A DNA stretch of 61,123 nt, counting the filler. It is 5 parts of 5 records of this genome, joined end to end, with 100 filler letters (N's around TTAATTAATTAA, not from the genome) between each part and the next. Parts side by side here need not be neighbours in the genome. Positions count along the whole stretch, not along the records: positions 31,878 to 41,791 come from SRR31147125_6818; positions 41,892 to 47,660 come from SRR31147125_6829; positions 47,761 to 55,132 come from SRR31147125_6856; 2 more parts are not named here. One strand, written 5' to 3'. The position numbers and the translations under genes were made by a program. Shown piece after piece: positions 39,834 to 49,092 of this stretch (its first letter is position 1; each line of letters begins with the position of its first letter). The notes below the pieces were generated by a model, which saw only the letters and a program-made list of their open reading frames with translations, did not search any database and was not told the DNA's origin.

Positions 39834-41405
39834 ATGAGAACTCAAAAAATATTAATAGTATTTCTGTGCACGTTGGCTTTTTTGCAATATGCAACTGCTC
39901 AAACGAAGGAACAAGAAAAACAAAAACCTGCCATATCAGATGAAGTTTTACAATATTTAAAAGAACAAGGTATTGATATAAATGCACCTGTTGAACCCAT
40001 GACATCAACCAGTGTAACAGACGCTATAGTCACAGTTGATTTTGGGAAAGAACTGGGAGATTTTTTACACGCTGAACGGTATAACAATTTTGAAAACAGC
40101 GCGGAATTTATTGAACAGAGAGATGCTGATGTCAGATTTTTCAATGAACGTGGCTTGCATGGAAATATATATCGTGTGTGGTTCTACGGCGATGGATACT
40201 ATAATGAAAGTACGGGGGAGGTTGATATTAGTACGATGGCAGATTATTTCTCAGATGCCAGCAGAATTTCGGAATTTGTGTTGGTGAATTGCAGTGGACT
40301 TGGAGTGGTTCGCGGATGGGAGGTTTGTCTGGATGAAAAGATTGACCGCCTTTCAAAAATCCTGAAAAAACTGAAATCCAACTACCCAAAAATAAAATAT
40401 ATTGAAGTGACCAATGAGCCTGATTATGCAAACGAAGGTGTAACTCCTGATAACTATTACGATTATTATAAGATTTATTACCAGGCAGTAAACAGAGTCA
40501 ATTCTGAATTAAAACCCGAGATTCCATTGTTGGTTGGAGGACCTGCTGTTTCTCAGTTTTCACTCGAATGGTTGCGGCCATTTTTGGATGCTTACGTTGC
40601 TGATGCCTCACCCGATAAGCGAATTGATTTTATATCTTACCATGGCTATTACACAAAACCCGATAGTACATACATTTTATTTAAAGATGATCCATCTCTG
40701 GTAAAAGATCAACGAAAAATACTCAATAAAGAACTTGCCAGCAGAAATTTGAGCACTGATATACCGGTATTTATTACTGAAATGGGCTTGTACCCGGAAT
40801 TCGCATTTGATGATTTTGTGTCGATGAAAAATGACCACTTAAGACAAGCAGCCGGAATGGCATCTTTGTTTTACTGGTATATGACCACAAACGACAATTC
40901 TTATCCATTCAACTGGGTAACACGTCACCGGAAGGAAGGAAGAAAAGACCAGTTGGTTTCACGAGATGAAAAGCAACAACCTTTTATCCATACCGGAAAA
41001 TTTACCCCATATGGAAATATGATGATGATGATGTCGAAAATGAAAGACATCAGGGTTTCATGCACCTCAACTACCGAAATTAAAGAAGGGAAAGGATTGT
41101 ATTCACTTGCTACTAACGATGAAACGGGTATTTCAATTATGCTTTGGAATTTTCAAAGCAGGAATACTGAAGGATTTAATGCCATATTAAAAGTAGATAA
41201 TTTCCCCGACAGTTTAACGGGAAAAAAAGCTAAGGTAAAGTTGTATAAAATAGATAGTGAAACAAGTAATTACCATACCGACATCGAAAATTGCAACCTT
41301 CAATTGGTAGATGAAAAAACAGTAAAAACAAACAATGTTTTTCAAATTTCTTTGCATTTGGAGCCAAATACATTGCAATTGGTAACAATAGAAAATTTTA
41401 AGTGA
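39834..41405 (+). CDS. GH39-like (clan GH-A) glycoside hydrolase, secreted
   Basis: Signal peptide; YIEVTNEPD (acid/base), VGGPA, IDFISYHGY, VFITEMG (nucleophile), C-terminal beta-sandwich. Confidence 0.8.
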   Translation: MRTQKILIVFLCTLAFLQYATAQTKEQEKQKPAISDEVLQYLKEQGIDINAPVEPMTSTSVTDAIVTVDFGKELGDFLHAERYNNFENSAEFIEQRDADVRFFNERGLHGNIYRVWFYGDGYYNESTGEVDISTMADYFSDASRISEFVLVNCSGLGVVRGWEVCLDEKIDRLSKILKKLKSNYPKIKYIEVTNEPDYANEGVTPDNYYDYYKIYYQAVNRVNSELKPEIPLLVGGPAVSQFSLEWLRPFLDAYVADASPDKRIDFISYHGYYTKPDSTYILFKDDPSLVKDQRKILNKELASRNLSTDIPVFITEMGLYPEFAFDDFVSMKNDHLRQAAGMASLFYWYMTTNDNSYPFNWVTRHRKEGRKDQLVSRDEKQQPFIHTGKFTPYGNMMMMMSKMKDIRVSCTSTTEIKEGKGLYSLATNDETGISIMLWNFQSRNTEGFNAILKVDNFPDSLTGKKAKVKLYKIDSETSNYHTDIENCNLQLVDEKTVKTNNVFQISLHLEPNTLQLVTIENFK

Positions 41406-41791
41406 TGATAATAAGGAAATTAAATCTTGGAATCGTGATTTTTTCAGTACTGACTCTTTTATGGGTTAGTGGGTATTCTCAACTTTATATAGTTGATGTT
41501 GAACAAGGGAAAGTTGAAGGAGTTTTAAATGATGGAGTTTCCATTTTTAAAGGGATTCCCTATGCTGCAGCACCGGTAGGCAATTTGCGATGGAAGGCTC
41601 CCCAACCGCCAGAAGAATGGAATGACGTGTTAAAAGCAGATAAATATGCACCTTCTTGTCCACAAATGTCATTTTCTATGCTATCACAGGGAAAGCAGGA
41701 ATATTCAGAAGATTGCCTCTACTTAAATGTATGGACACCTGCAAATTCATCAGAAGAAAAATTACCGGTATTGGTTTGGATTCATGGGGGG
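41402..41791 (+). CDS. Type-B carboxylesterase, N-terminal fragment
   Basis: FKGIPYAAAPVGNLRWKAPQP, SEDCLYLNVWTP, LPVLVWIHGG; cut by the linker. Confidence 0.93.
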
Positions 41792-41891
41792 NNNNNNNNN
41801 NNNNNNNNNNNNNNNNNNNNNNNNNNNNNNNNNNNTTAATTAATTAANNNNNNNNNNNNNNNNNNNNNNNNNNNNNNNNNNNNNNNNNNNN
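41792..41891. other. Artificial contig linker
   Basis: N44-TTAATTAATTAA-N44. Confidence 0.98.
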
Positions 41892-42423
41892 TGCAACCGA
41901 CTCGGCCATGATTATTGATGCGATGGATATTTTATACAGCGAAAAAGTAAACGGTTTTTGTTTGGTTTCAAGCGACAGCGATTTTACACGCCTGGCAACC
42001 CGACTGCGCGAAGCAGGAATGAAAGTATACGGAATTGGCGAAAAGAAAACTCCTGATCCGTTTATAGTTGCCTGCGATAAATTCATTTATATCGAAATTC
42101 TGAAAAAAGAATCGAAGGAAAATGAAAGTAATGTTATTCACAGTAAATCTGAAAAGAAAAGTAATTTAGATAAAATTACACCAAAAGTAATCCGGCTAAT
42201 TTCATCCACTATTTCAGATTTAGCCGACGACGATGGCTGGGCATTTTTAGGCGATGTTGGTAGTTTATTACAGAAAAAACAACCTAACTTCGACTCCAGG
42301 AATTATGGTTTTGAAAAACTAACTCCACTTATTAATTCAATTGGTAAATATGAAATCGACCAGCGCGACAGTTATAAAGGAAAGTTTAAACTGATTTACG
42401 TTCGGAACAAAGCCAGAAATTAG
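41892..42423 (+). CDS. NYN-domain (LabA/DUF88) protein with a C-terminal OST-HTH/LOTUS domain, 5' truncated
   Basis: ATDSAMIIDAMDIL...LVSSDSDFTRLA...ACDKFIY; GWAFLGDVG...FDSRNYGFEKL. Confidence 0.9.
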
Positions 42424-42524
42424 CATTAGATTAAATTCACAAAACTTATTCAATTCGTAGTCATTAAAATCATTCTAAAGATTAGTATAAGCTTGCTGTA
42501 GCCGCTTTTTATTATATTTACCAC

Positions 42525-42908
42525 ATGAAGAATTTATCAGTTATTTTATTTCTTTTGGTTTTGATTTCAACAAATATCAAAGCTCAGGAAAGTTCATCAA
42601 CTAAATCCAATTTTATGATTCGTCACACTGTTGTTTTTAAATTAAATTACCCAAAGGGTTCGCCTGAAGAAATTGATTTTTTCAATGCAGCTTCAAAATT
42701 GGCCGAAATTCCTGGTGTTTATAATTTTGAAACCTTGCTTCAAACTGGTAAGAAAAATGATTTTGAATATTGTTTTTCAATGGAGTTTAAAACAATGCAG
42801 GCGTATGATGAATACAACCAACATCCGGTTCATACCAAATTCGTCGAAACGTATTGGGTTAATTACGTTGAAAAATTTCTGGAACTGGATTACGAGGCTG
42901 TTAAATAA
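42525..42908 (+). CDS. Dabb-family (stress-responsive A/B barrel) protein with signal peptide
   Basis: MIRHTVVFKL...MEF...YNQHPVH..FV...DY. Confidence 0.85.
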   Translation: MKNLSVILFLLVLISTNIKAQESSSTKSNFMIRHTVVFKLNYPKGSPEEIDFFNAASKLAEIPGVYNFETLLQTGKKNDFEYCFSMEFKTMQAYDEYNQHPVHTKFVETYWVNYVEKFLELDYEAVK

Positions 42909-42927
42909 TATTAAGTCACATCAACAC

Positions 42928-42965
42928 AAAAAGATGATATCTCGTTAAAAGATGTCATCTTTTTT
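42928..42965. terminator. Bidirectional terminator between convergent genes
   Basis: AAAAAGATGATATCT...AGATGTCATCTTTTT. Confidence 0.65.
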
Positions 42966-42986
42966 TAGTTGGTAAAAAGTTTTCAA

Positions 42987-43946
42987 TTAATACGTTTTAT
43001 CTAACCAAACCACAATTTTCTCCCAACTTTCAACAGGAATAATGGCATGCGTTGTATTTTCCATTACTAAAAACTCCTTTCTATTTCCGGGAATTAAATC
43101 ATAAAAATCTTTCACTTTTTCAACTTCAAATAGTTCGTCTTTATCGCCAATACCAACCAAAACAGGAACATCTAAATCTTCTGTTAGCCGAAGCTGTGAG
43201 ACATCCAGCATAGTAAAAAACCGAAGTGTATAATGTAAATTAAATAACGGATCTTCAGAGACCGTCATTCCATCTCTGTAATAGTCAACCGCGGGATAAG
43301 AAGGACGAAAAATGGAACTGGCAATAATTTTGGTTTTCTGAAATAATGAAGGTGGTGTTGATAAACCTTCTCTGCTTTCATATGCTCCGGAAAGTAAAAT
43401 TAAACCCGAAACCTCATTTGGAATAGCATTGGCTGCACACATTGCATTAGCCACTCCCAGACTGTGCCCCATTATAATTACTTTCGGGAAACCAAGACTT
43501 TTTATAAATTTCACCGACTCGGCTAAATCTGTAATCCATCTGTCAATTCCCGGGCTATCTCCCCGGTTTCCATCCGACAAACCATGTCCTCTGTAATCCA
43601 ATCCAAATGTCGTATACCCACCTAAAGATATTGGCTTGCCAGCCATATCATAAGCTCCGCTATGCGCTGTAAAACCATGGAAAATTAAAATTGCAATATC
43701 TTTTTTTGTCGCTACAATGGTATCCGGATTCCACCTTCGAACAAAAAGATTTTCGCCATCGGATGTTGTAAACTGATGATGAGATGCTACAATATTCTGC
43801 CTCAATTCTGCCGCTTTTTCAGGTAAAATACCTACATGATTTACTTTTGATTTAGTTGGAATATAAGCAAGTACCAATCCTAAAAATACAATAACTACAA
43901 CTAAAGAAATTACAGCGTATAAAACTTTTTTAAGTAACTTTTTCAT
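42987..43946 (-). CDS. Alpha/beta hydrolase (lysophospholipase/monoglyceride-lipase-like)
   Basis: HGFTAHSGAY, DYRGHGLSDG, GHSLG nucleophile elbow, GDKDEL, H near the C-terminus. Confidence 0.9.
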   Translation of the reverse strand: MKKLLKKVLYAVISLVVVIVFLGLVLAYIPTKSKVNHVGILPEKAAELRQNIVASHHQFTTSDGENLFVRRWNPDTIVATKKDIAILIFHGFTAHSGAYDMAGKPISLGGYTTFGLDYRGHGLSDGNRGDSPGIDRWITDLAESVKFIKSLGFPKVIIMGHSLGVANAMCAANAIPNEVSGLILLSGAYESREGLSTPPSLFQKTKIIASSIFRPSYPAVDYYRDGMTVSEDPLFNLHYTLRFFTMLDVSQLRLTEDLDVPVLVGIGDKDELFEVEKVKDFYDLIPGNRKEFLVMENTTHAIIPVESWEKIVVWLDKTY

Positions 43947-43974
43947 ATTGGTTTTTTAATTTATTTCTAAACTT

Positions 43975-44018
43975 CAAATTTAATATGCATTAAAAACCTG
44001 CGCATTGATGTAGGTCAA
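43975..44018 (-). promoter_or_regulatory. Crp/Fnr-type box plus Bacteroidota -7 element upstream of the hydrolase
   Basis: TTGATgtagGTCAA (44005-44018), one mismatch to TTGAT-N4-ATCAA; TAAATTTG (43975-43982, minus strand) matches TAnnTTTG. Confidence 0.65.
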
Positions 44019-44024
44019 AAAACA

Positions 44025-44591
44025 CTATTCCGATTTTAATCTGCTTAAAGTTTCTTGTGTTATGTTAAGATAAGAAGCCAGAATTTTATTTGAAAGCCGT
44101 TGAATATAATGCGAATTTTCTTTTACTACTTGTTCATACCGCTGTTTTGCCGATAAAGTAATTATACTTTCAAGTTTCCTGTTTTGCCCTAAATAAGCCC
44201 TTTCTAAAATCACCCTGTAAAATTTATCCCATTCCTGAATATCAGATACAAGCTGAAAAAAATCGTTATAGTTAATAGCCCATATTTCTGAATCTTCAAG
44301 AGATTCTACAAATTCAAATGAAGGTTTTTGAGAAATAAAACTTGATGTTGAAGTAACCAAAGATCCTTCGAAAGCAACATATCTTGTCTTTTCTTTTCCC
44401 TGTTTTGTGAGATAATAAATTCTAAAACATCCTTTTTCAATAAAATATAATTCATTACAAATTTCACCTTGAGAAAGTAAAATTGTATTTCGCTTTACCT
44501 TTTTAAATTCAAATTTACCGATTACAGTTTCAAGTTGATCCTCGTTGAGATCTGAATTTATTTGTAAATTATATTTTAATGTGTTTAACAC
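44025..44591 (-). CDS. Crp/Fnr-family transcriptional regulator
   Basis: GEICNELYFIEKG cNMP-binding fold; ASYLNITQETLSRLK HTH. Confidence 0.93.
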   Translation of the reverse strand: MLNTLKYNLQINSDLNEDQLETVIGKFEFKKVKRNTILLSQGEICNELYFIEKGCFRIYYLTKQGKEKTRYVAFEGSLVTSTSSFISQKPSFEFVESLEDSEIWAINYNDFFQLVSDIQEWDKFYRVILERAYLGQNRKLESIITLSAKQRYEQVVKENSHYIQRLSNKILASYLNITQETLSRLKSE

Positions 44592-44606
44592 TTTATCTTT
44601 AGTTAA

Positions 44607-45191
44607 TTACTTCAATTTAATCGGCTTATTTACTACTAATCCTGCGCTGGTATAAGCTGTCCATCCGAAAACCACGCCAAATACCAAGCGGTGAGTAACC
44701 GGCATCGACCACAATCCAATTACAAAACCAATCATGGAAGATACCAAAAGAATAGCTGCAATTTTTGCAGTAATCCGAACCGATTTTTTTAACGTTTTTA
44801 TGTACGAAATTCTTGCCAGTCCAAACAACCAACTTGCAAGCCCCAGAGTAATTGCTGCGGTGTGCGCTTTCGAAACAGTTGATTCTGCAAATTCTACATC
44901 GAAAGGAATAGCGGTAAATGAAAAACCAACACCAAAAATTGCCAGTAGTATTCCTGCTAACCGATCGTTAAGAAACTTACCATATAATAAACCAAATTCG
45001 ATGAATAGTAATCCTGTTAAAAGAAAACCAAGAATATTAAACCACGCTGCATTGGGCTGATTTTTTGCACCCAGTCGGCTTACATAATCTTCAATAATAT
45101 TAAACTGTGGATTTAAACCGGCAAAAAGAAACAATGCAATAATAAATATTCCAACTGCCAGCAAACCAAATATTCCAGTCTTTTTATTCAT
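44607..45191 (-). CDS. DUF998-like membrane protein
   Basis: YVSRLGA..PNA.WFN..GF...G motif, about five TM segments, conserved H and R. Confidence 0.7.
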   Translation of the reverse strand: MNKKTGIFGLLAVGIFIIALFLFAGLNPQFNIIEDYVSRLGAKNQPNAAWFNILGFLLTGLLFIEFGLLYGKFLNDRLAGILLAIFGVGFSFTAIPFDVEFAESTVSKAHTAAITLGLASWLFGLARISYIKTLKKSVRITAKIAAILLVSSMIGFVIGLWSMPVTHRLVFGVVFGWTAYTSAGLVVNKPIKLK

Positions 45192-45425
45192 GTTTTATAA
45201 TGAACGAATTACCTCCAAATTTTGAGTTACATTTTAACACGTTTAAAATAAGTGTAATAATTTATCTTGCAATGTATTTTCAAAATTAAACCAATAAGTT
45301 TATAAAATTATATGGATTACGAGTTGTGAATGGCTAATTCATAAAGCTGTTTGTTTCATCAGTAAACTCACATTCTTTAAATTAACTTACAATTGGTTAA
45401 TGCCTTTAACTCTACAAACACCTTT

Positions 45426-45662
45426 TCACATTCGCTTTTTTATCAAAATAGTAGGTATCAATAGTAACAAACCAATAATTAAAGATAAATAAGCAAAAGG
45501 ATTTGTACTCATTTGAATAACAGCTCCAACTCCAATTATTATTGTATAAATCGAACAAATTAATAAAGTTAACCAGGCACTTCTTTTTCTATTTCTTATT
45601 GCATTTATCTGAAGTTTTGGAAACCGTAAAATCTTTGTGTGCCTTTTTATAATTTCAGACAT
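45426..45662 (-). CDS. Small two-TM hypothetical protein
   Basis: 78-aa ORF with two hydrophobic segments, co-oriented with its neighbours. Confidence 0.45.
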   Translation of the reverse strand: MSEIIKRHTKILRFPKLQINAIRNRKRSAWLTLLICSIYTIIIGVGAVIQMSTNPFAYLSLIIGLLLLIPTILIKKRM

Positions 45663-45720
45663 TTAAATTAAAAATACCATCCGGAAACATTTGCCTGAAA
45701 ATGTTGACTTTTAACATTTT

Positions 45721-47208
45721 TCATTTTTTTGCTATTTTAAATCCTAATACTATTAATAAAAATAGCATCATTATATATATTAATATATTTCCAAACCTAG
45801 CATAAATGGTAGTTATTGGATTTAAAGGTAAATCGGCAAAAAGTATTCTCGAATCGGAAGTTAAAGTATTCGTTTCGGCAATTACATTACCATGATTATC
45901 TCTTATATTACTTATACCTAATCCATTGGCACGAATTAAGGAAAATCCATTTTGAATAGATTCAAAACCAGCCATATTAGGATGAAGTGGTGTTATTTTT
46001 TCCCAATCATATGAGGGAACAAGCATAATATCAATTGAATTCTTTCCTGCCTGATGTATATACGTTGGAAAATCCAAATCATAACATATCACATTTCCAA
46101 TTCTACCGTATTCTGTATCAGAATATGGAATTACAGATTTTCCCGGATTGATAATTGGAGCCTCGGCATAAGGATGTAAATGCAATTTAAGATACTGCCA
46201 TTCAATTTCTCCTTTTGGTGTTATAAGAATACTTGTGTTATTAAACGGTTTTGGTCTGCCCGAATTATCCTTTTCCAGAAAAGCAAGCAGTAAGTATGCA
46301 TTGAAAGTTTTCGAAATACCTTTAGCTTTTGTAAATAAAGTATCAACCTGTTTTTCATTCAAAATTAGAGCATCTTCGCTCCAGACAATAATTTTAGCAC
46401 CTGCTCTTGCTGCTTTAATGGTATTTTCTAATTGCTCATTTATTGCATTATTTTCGGAGAAAATCCTTTCAGGAATTGGAAATTTTGGATTTTTAGCTAA
46501 TTCCATAAAATTAGCTTGTTCTTTTTCAATTATAGCATTTAGGTCTGTTGTTCCACTTATGGTTGCTACTTTTACAGTTTTTTCACTTTTTGCAAACAAA
46601 TTAACCTTGGCAATACCGTAAATTACCACAGAAAGAAAAATACTTCCAAAAATAATTGTGCTCCTGTAAATTGAAGATTTTGTAAAATTATTTTCAATAA
46701 TCCAGTTTACTATTGAACCAAACCAGGCAACTATAAAAGTAATACCAAACAAACCGGTAACTGAACTTATTTGTATAAGGGAATTAAAATTGTATTGCGT
46801 GTGAGCTACAATTCCAAATGTTCCCATTTGTGTTGATACAATGAATTCGATAACTGCAATAACAGAAGGAAAAATTAAAGTTGAATAAAAACCTTTGCCT
46901 TTGGTATATAGAAATTTAGCTAAATAATAAATTATGCTGGAAAATATGGCGTATCCCAAAGCGTTTAACAAGCCAGCAACAAAAATATTAAATGTGTTTT
47001 GGCAGGTTTGCGAAAAATACCCGGCCAATAACATAAATACAAAGAAAACAGCAAATCCTGCCTTTTGTGTGTTCCTTGTATAATACAAAATAAAAACCGG
47101 AGCAATCCATGCAAAAATTCCGATATGCCAGTCCTGACCTGAAAAGATCATTGCTAAAGTACCAATTATTAAAGCTAATAAATTGATTATAGTTTTTTTC
47201 GATTTCAT
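45721..47208 (-). CDS. Membrane nitrilase-superfamily protein (apolipoprotein N-acyltransferase-like)
   Basis: N-terminal TM bundle; catalytic E-K-C triad motifs IVWSEDA, YLKLHL, ICYDLDF. Confidence 0.85.
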   Translation of the reverse strand: MKSKKTIINLLALIIGTLAMIFSGQDWHIGIFAWIAPVFILYYTRNTQKAGFAVFFVFMLLAGYFSQTCQNTFNIFVAGLLNALGYAIFSSIIYYLAKFLYTKGKGFYSTLIFPSVIAVIEFIVSTQMGTFGIVAHTQYNFNSLIQISSVTGLFGITFIVAWFGSIVNWIIENNFTKSSIYRSTIIFGSIFLSVVIYGIAKVNLFAKSEKTVKVATISGTTDLNAIIEKEQANFMELAKNPKFPIPERIFSENNAINEQLENTIKAARAGAKIIVWSEDALILNEKQVDTLFTKAKGISKTFNAYLLLAFLEKDNSGRPKPFNNTSILITPKGEIEWQYLKLHLHPYAEAPIINPGKSVIPYSDTEYGRIGNVICYDLDFPTYIHQAGKNSIDIMLVPSYDWEKITPLHPNMAGFESIQNGFSLIRANGLGISNIRDNHGNVIAETNTLTSDSRILFADLPLNPITTIYARFGNILIYIMMLFLLIVLGFKIAKK

Positions 47209-47425
47209 TGTATTGTTTAGTTAAGGTTACAACCGCCAAAGCAAAATATATTTTTTAAACTAATTTACTTTTAATAACATATCAAGCGAAAGAATTCGCT
47301 GGAGAGCAGGCAATATAGGTTCAACAGTTTTTAAATTTTTCCATTAAAAATAAACATAATTTCAATATAGTATTAATATTGAATACCTTAAAGTTAGTTT
47401 TTAAACGAATAAAAAATTAGAGTTT

Positions 47426-47660
47426 TTATTTAAACAATGCAACAATTTCCTCTTTTGTAATTTTCTGAAATGGATTATTCGAATTGATAAATTTATCGGC
47501 AAGTGAGCTTTTATGTTCCTGTAGTTGTTGAATTTTCTCTTCAATCGAATTTTGGGTAATAAACCGGTAAACAAAAACATGTTTGTTTTGTCCAATCCGG
47601 TGTGCGCGGTTAATGGCCTGGTTTTCGGCTGCCGGATTCCACCATGGATCGATAATAAAA
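47426..47660 (-). CDS. SNF2-family helicase, C-terminal fragment (not in the ORF track)
   Basis: Manual translation gives [43 protein letters not shown]...IVALFK*, SNF2 motif VI. Confidence 0.92.
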
Positions 47661-47760
47661 NNNNNNNNNNNNNNNNNNNNNNNNNNNNNNNNNNNNNNNN
47701 NNNNTTAATTAATTAANNNNNNNNNNNNNNNNNNNNNNNNNNNNNNNNNNNNNNNNNNNN
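47661..47760. other. Artificial contig linker
   Basis: N44-TTAATTAATTAA-N44. Confidence 0.98.
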
Positions 47761-48197
47761 ATGGTGAAAACCATGAAGATGATGCTATTGGCGCTGCTAC
47801 AGCAGCAGCAGAAAATGGAATTATTGTACACACTATTGGTATGGGACTACCGCAAGGAGGGCCAATCCCGATATACCGAAACGGACAAAAGGATTATAGA
47901 AAAGACAAAGAGGGCAATGTTGTTGTGACTAAACTAAATGAAAGTATGTTGCAACAAGTTGCTGCTGCCGGACAAGGTGTTTATGTAAGGGCTAATAACG
48001 CACAAGTGGGACTGAACACGCTTTTCAATGAAATTAATAAAATGGAAGAAGCAGAAATGGAATCGCGTGTTTACTCAGAATACGAAGAACAATTTCAGTG
48101 GTTCTTAGCTTTTGCACTATTTCTAATCCTGATTGATTTTTTAATCCTTGAACGAAAAAACAAATATTTGAAAAACATCAAATTATTTGGAAAATGA
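47761..48197 (+). CDS. batB: BatB VWA-domain protein, 5' truncated
   Basis: GENHEDDA...VHTIGMG.PQGGPIP...VVTKLNE..LQ...YEEQFQWFL; precedes batC. Confidence 0.88.
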
Positions 48198-49006
48198 ACA
48201 GAAGATTTATAAAACATACAGCTCTATTCGTATTACTAATTGCTGTTTTCACAGTTAATAGTCAGGCGCAAAACGAACGAAAATTTATTCGTAACGGAAA
48301 TGATCTTTTTGAACATGCGCTTTCCGACACAACAAAGCTTGATACAACAACCTTTAGCTTAGCTGAGACTGAATACCGAAAAGCTTTGGATAAACGTCCT
48401 GATGATTTAAAGTGGAAATTTAACTTGGGAGATGCCTTATACAAACAAAAAAAGTTTGAAGAAGCTGCAGCCGGTTTTGGTGAAATTATTGACAAAAGTG
48501 AGGATAAAATTGAAAAAGCTCAGTCATACCACAACTTAGGTAACTCATTGTTAATGCAAAATAAATTGGATGAAAGCATTGATGCTTATAAAGATGCTCT
48601 TCGCAACAATCCGACTGATTTAGAAAGCAAATACAACCTGGCCTATGCCATGAATCTTAAAAAGAAACAAGAAGAACAACAGAAACAGCAGCAACAAAAT
48701 CAGAATCAGAATAAAGACAAGGATCAGGATAAAGATAAAGACAAGGATAAAAACCAAGATCAGAATAAGGATCAACAAAATAAAGATCAAAACAAGGATC
48801 AGGATCAGCAAAAGCAAGATCAGAACCAGAATAAAGATAAGCAAGACCAAGACCAGAAACAACAACCTCAGCAACAAAAAATATCAAAAGAAAATGCAGA
48901 GCGTTTGTTAAAAGCGTTGCAAAACGATGAGCAGAAAATTCAAGAGAAAGTAAAAAAAGCGAAAGCAGAAAAGGCAAAACAACGCCAAACTGATAAAGAT
49001 TGGTAA
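48194..49006 (+). CDS. batC: BatC TPR protein with a Q/D/K/N-rich linker
   Basis: AETEYRKAL, FNLGDALYKQ, YHNLGNS, YKDALRNNP, KYNLAYA, ISKENAERLL...KDW. Confidence 0.92.
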   Translation: MNRRFIKHTALFVLLIAVFTVNSQAQNERKFIRNGNDLFEHALSDTTKLDTTTFSLAETEYRKALDKRPDDLKWKFNLGDALYKQKKFEEAAAGFGEIIDKSEDKIEKAQSYHNLGNSLLMQNKLDESIDAYKDALRNNPTDLESKYNLAYAMNLKKKQEEQQKQQQQNQNQNKDKDQDKDKDKDKNQDQNKDQQNKDQNKDQDQQKQDQNQNKDKQDQDQKQQPQQQKISKENAERLLKALQNDEQKIQEKVKKAKAEKAKQRQTDKDW

Positions 49007-49092
49007 GTTCAATTTATTGAACGATAAAATGGTTTTTGGTAGTTGAGATTTTTATAAATTTGCATTCGGAAATAAAACGAGATAATATAGCA

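Noticed and set aside
41892-42423. NYN-domain protein as an anti-phage or toxin system
   Set aside because: It is a common LabA/DUF88-OST-HTH protein, truncated at the contig edge, with no defence-island context visible.
47401-47716. ORF-track calls 47401-47595 (-) and 47525-47716 (+)
   Set aside because: The real coding frame is the SNF2 helicase C-terminus on the minus strand (47426-47660).
48660-48880. Repetitive CAG/GAT/AAA-rich DNA resembling a tandem repeat array or CRISPR
   Set aside because: It encodes the usual Q/D/K/N low-complexity linker of BatC and has no repeat-spacer structure. No CRISPR array was seen anywhere in the window.
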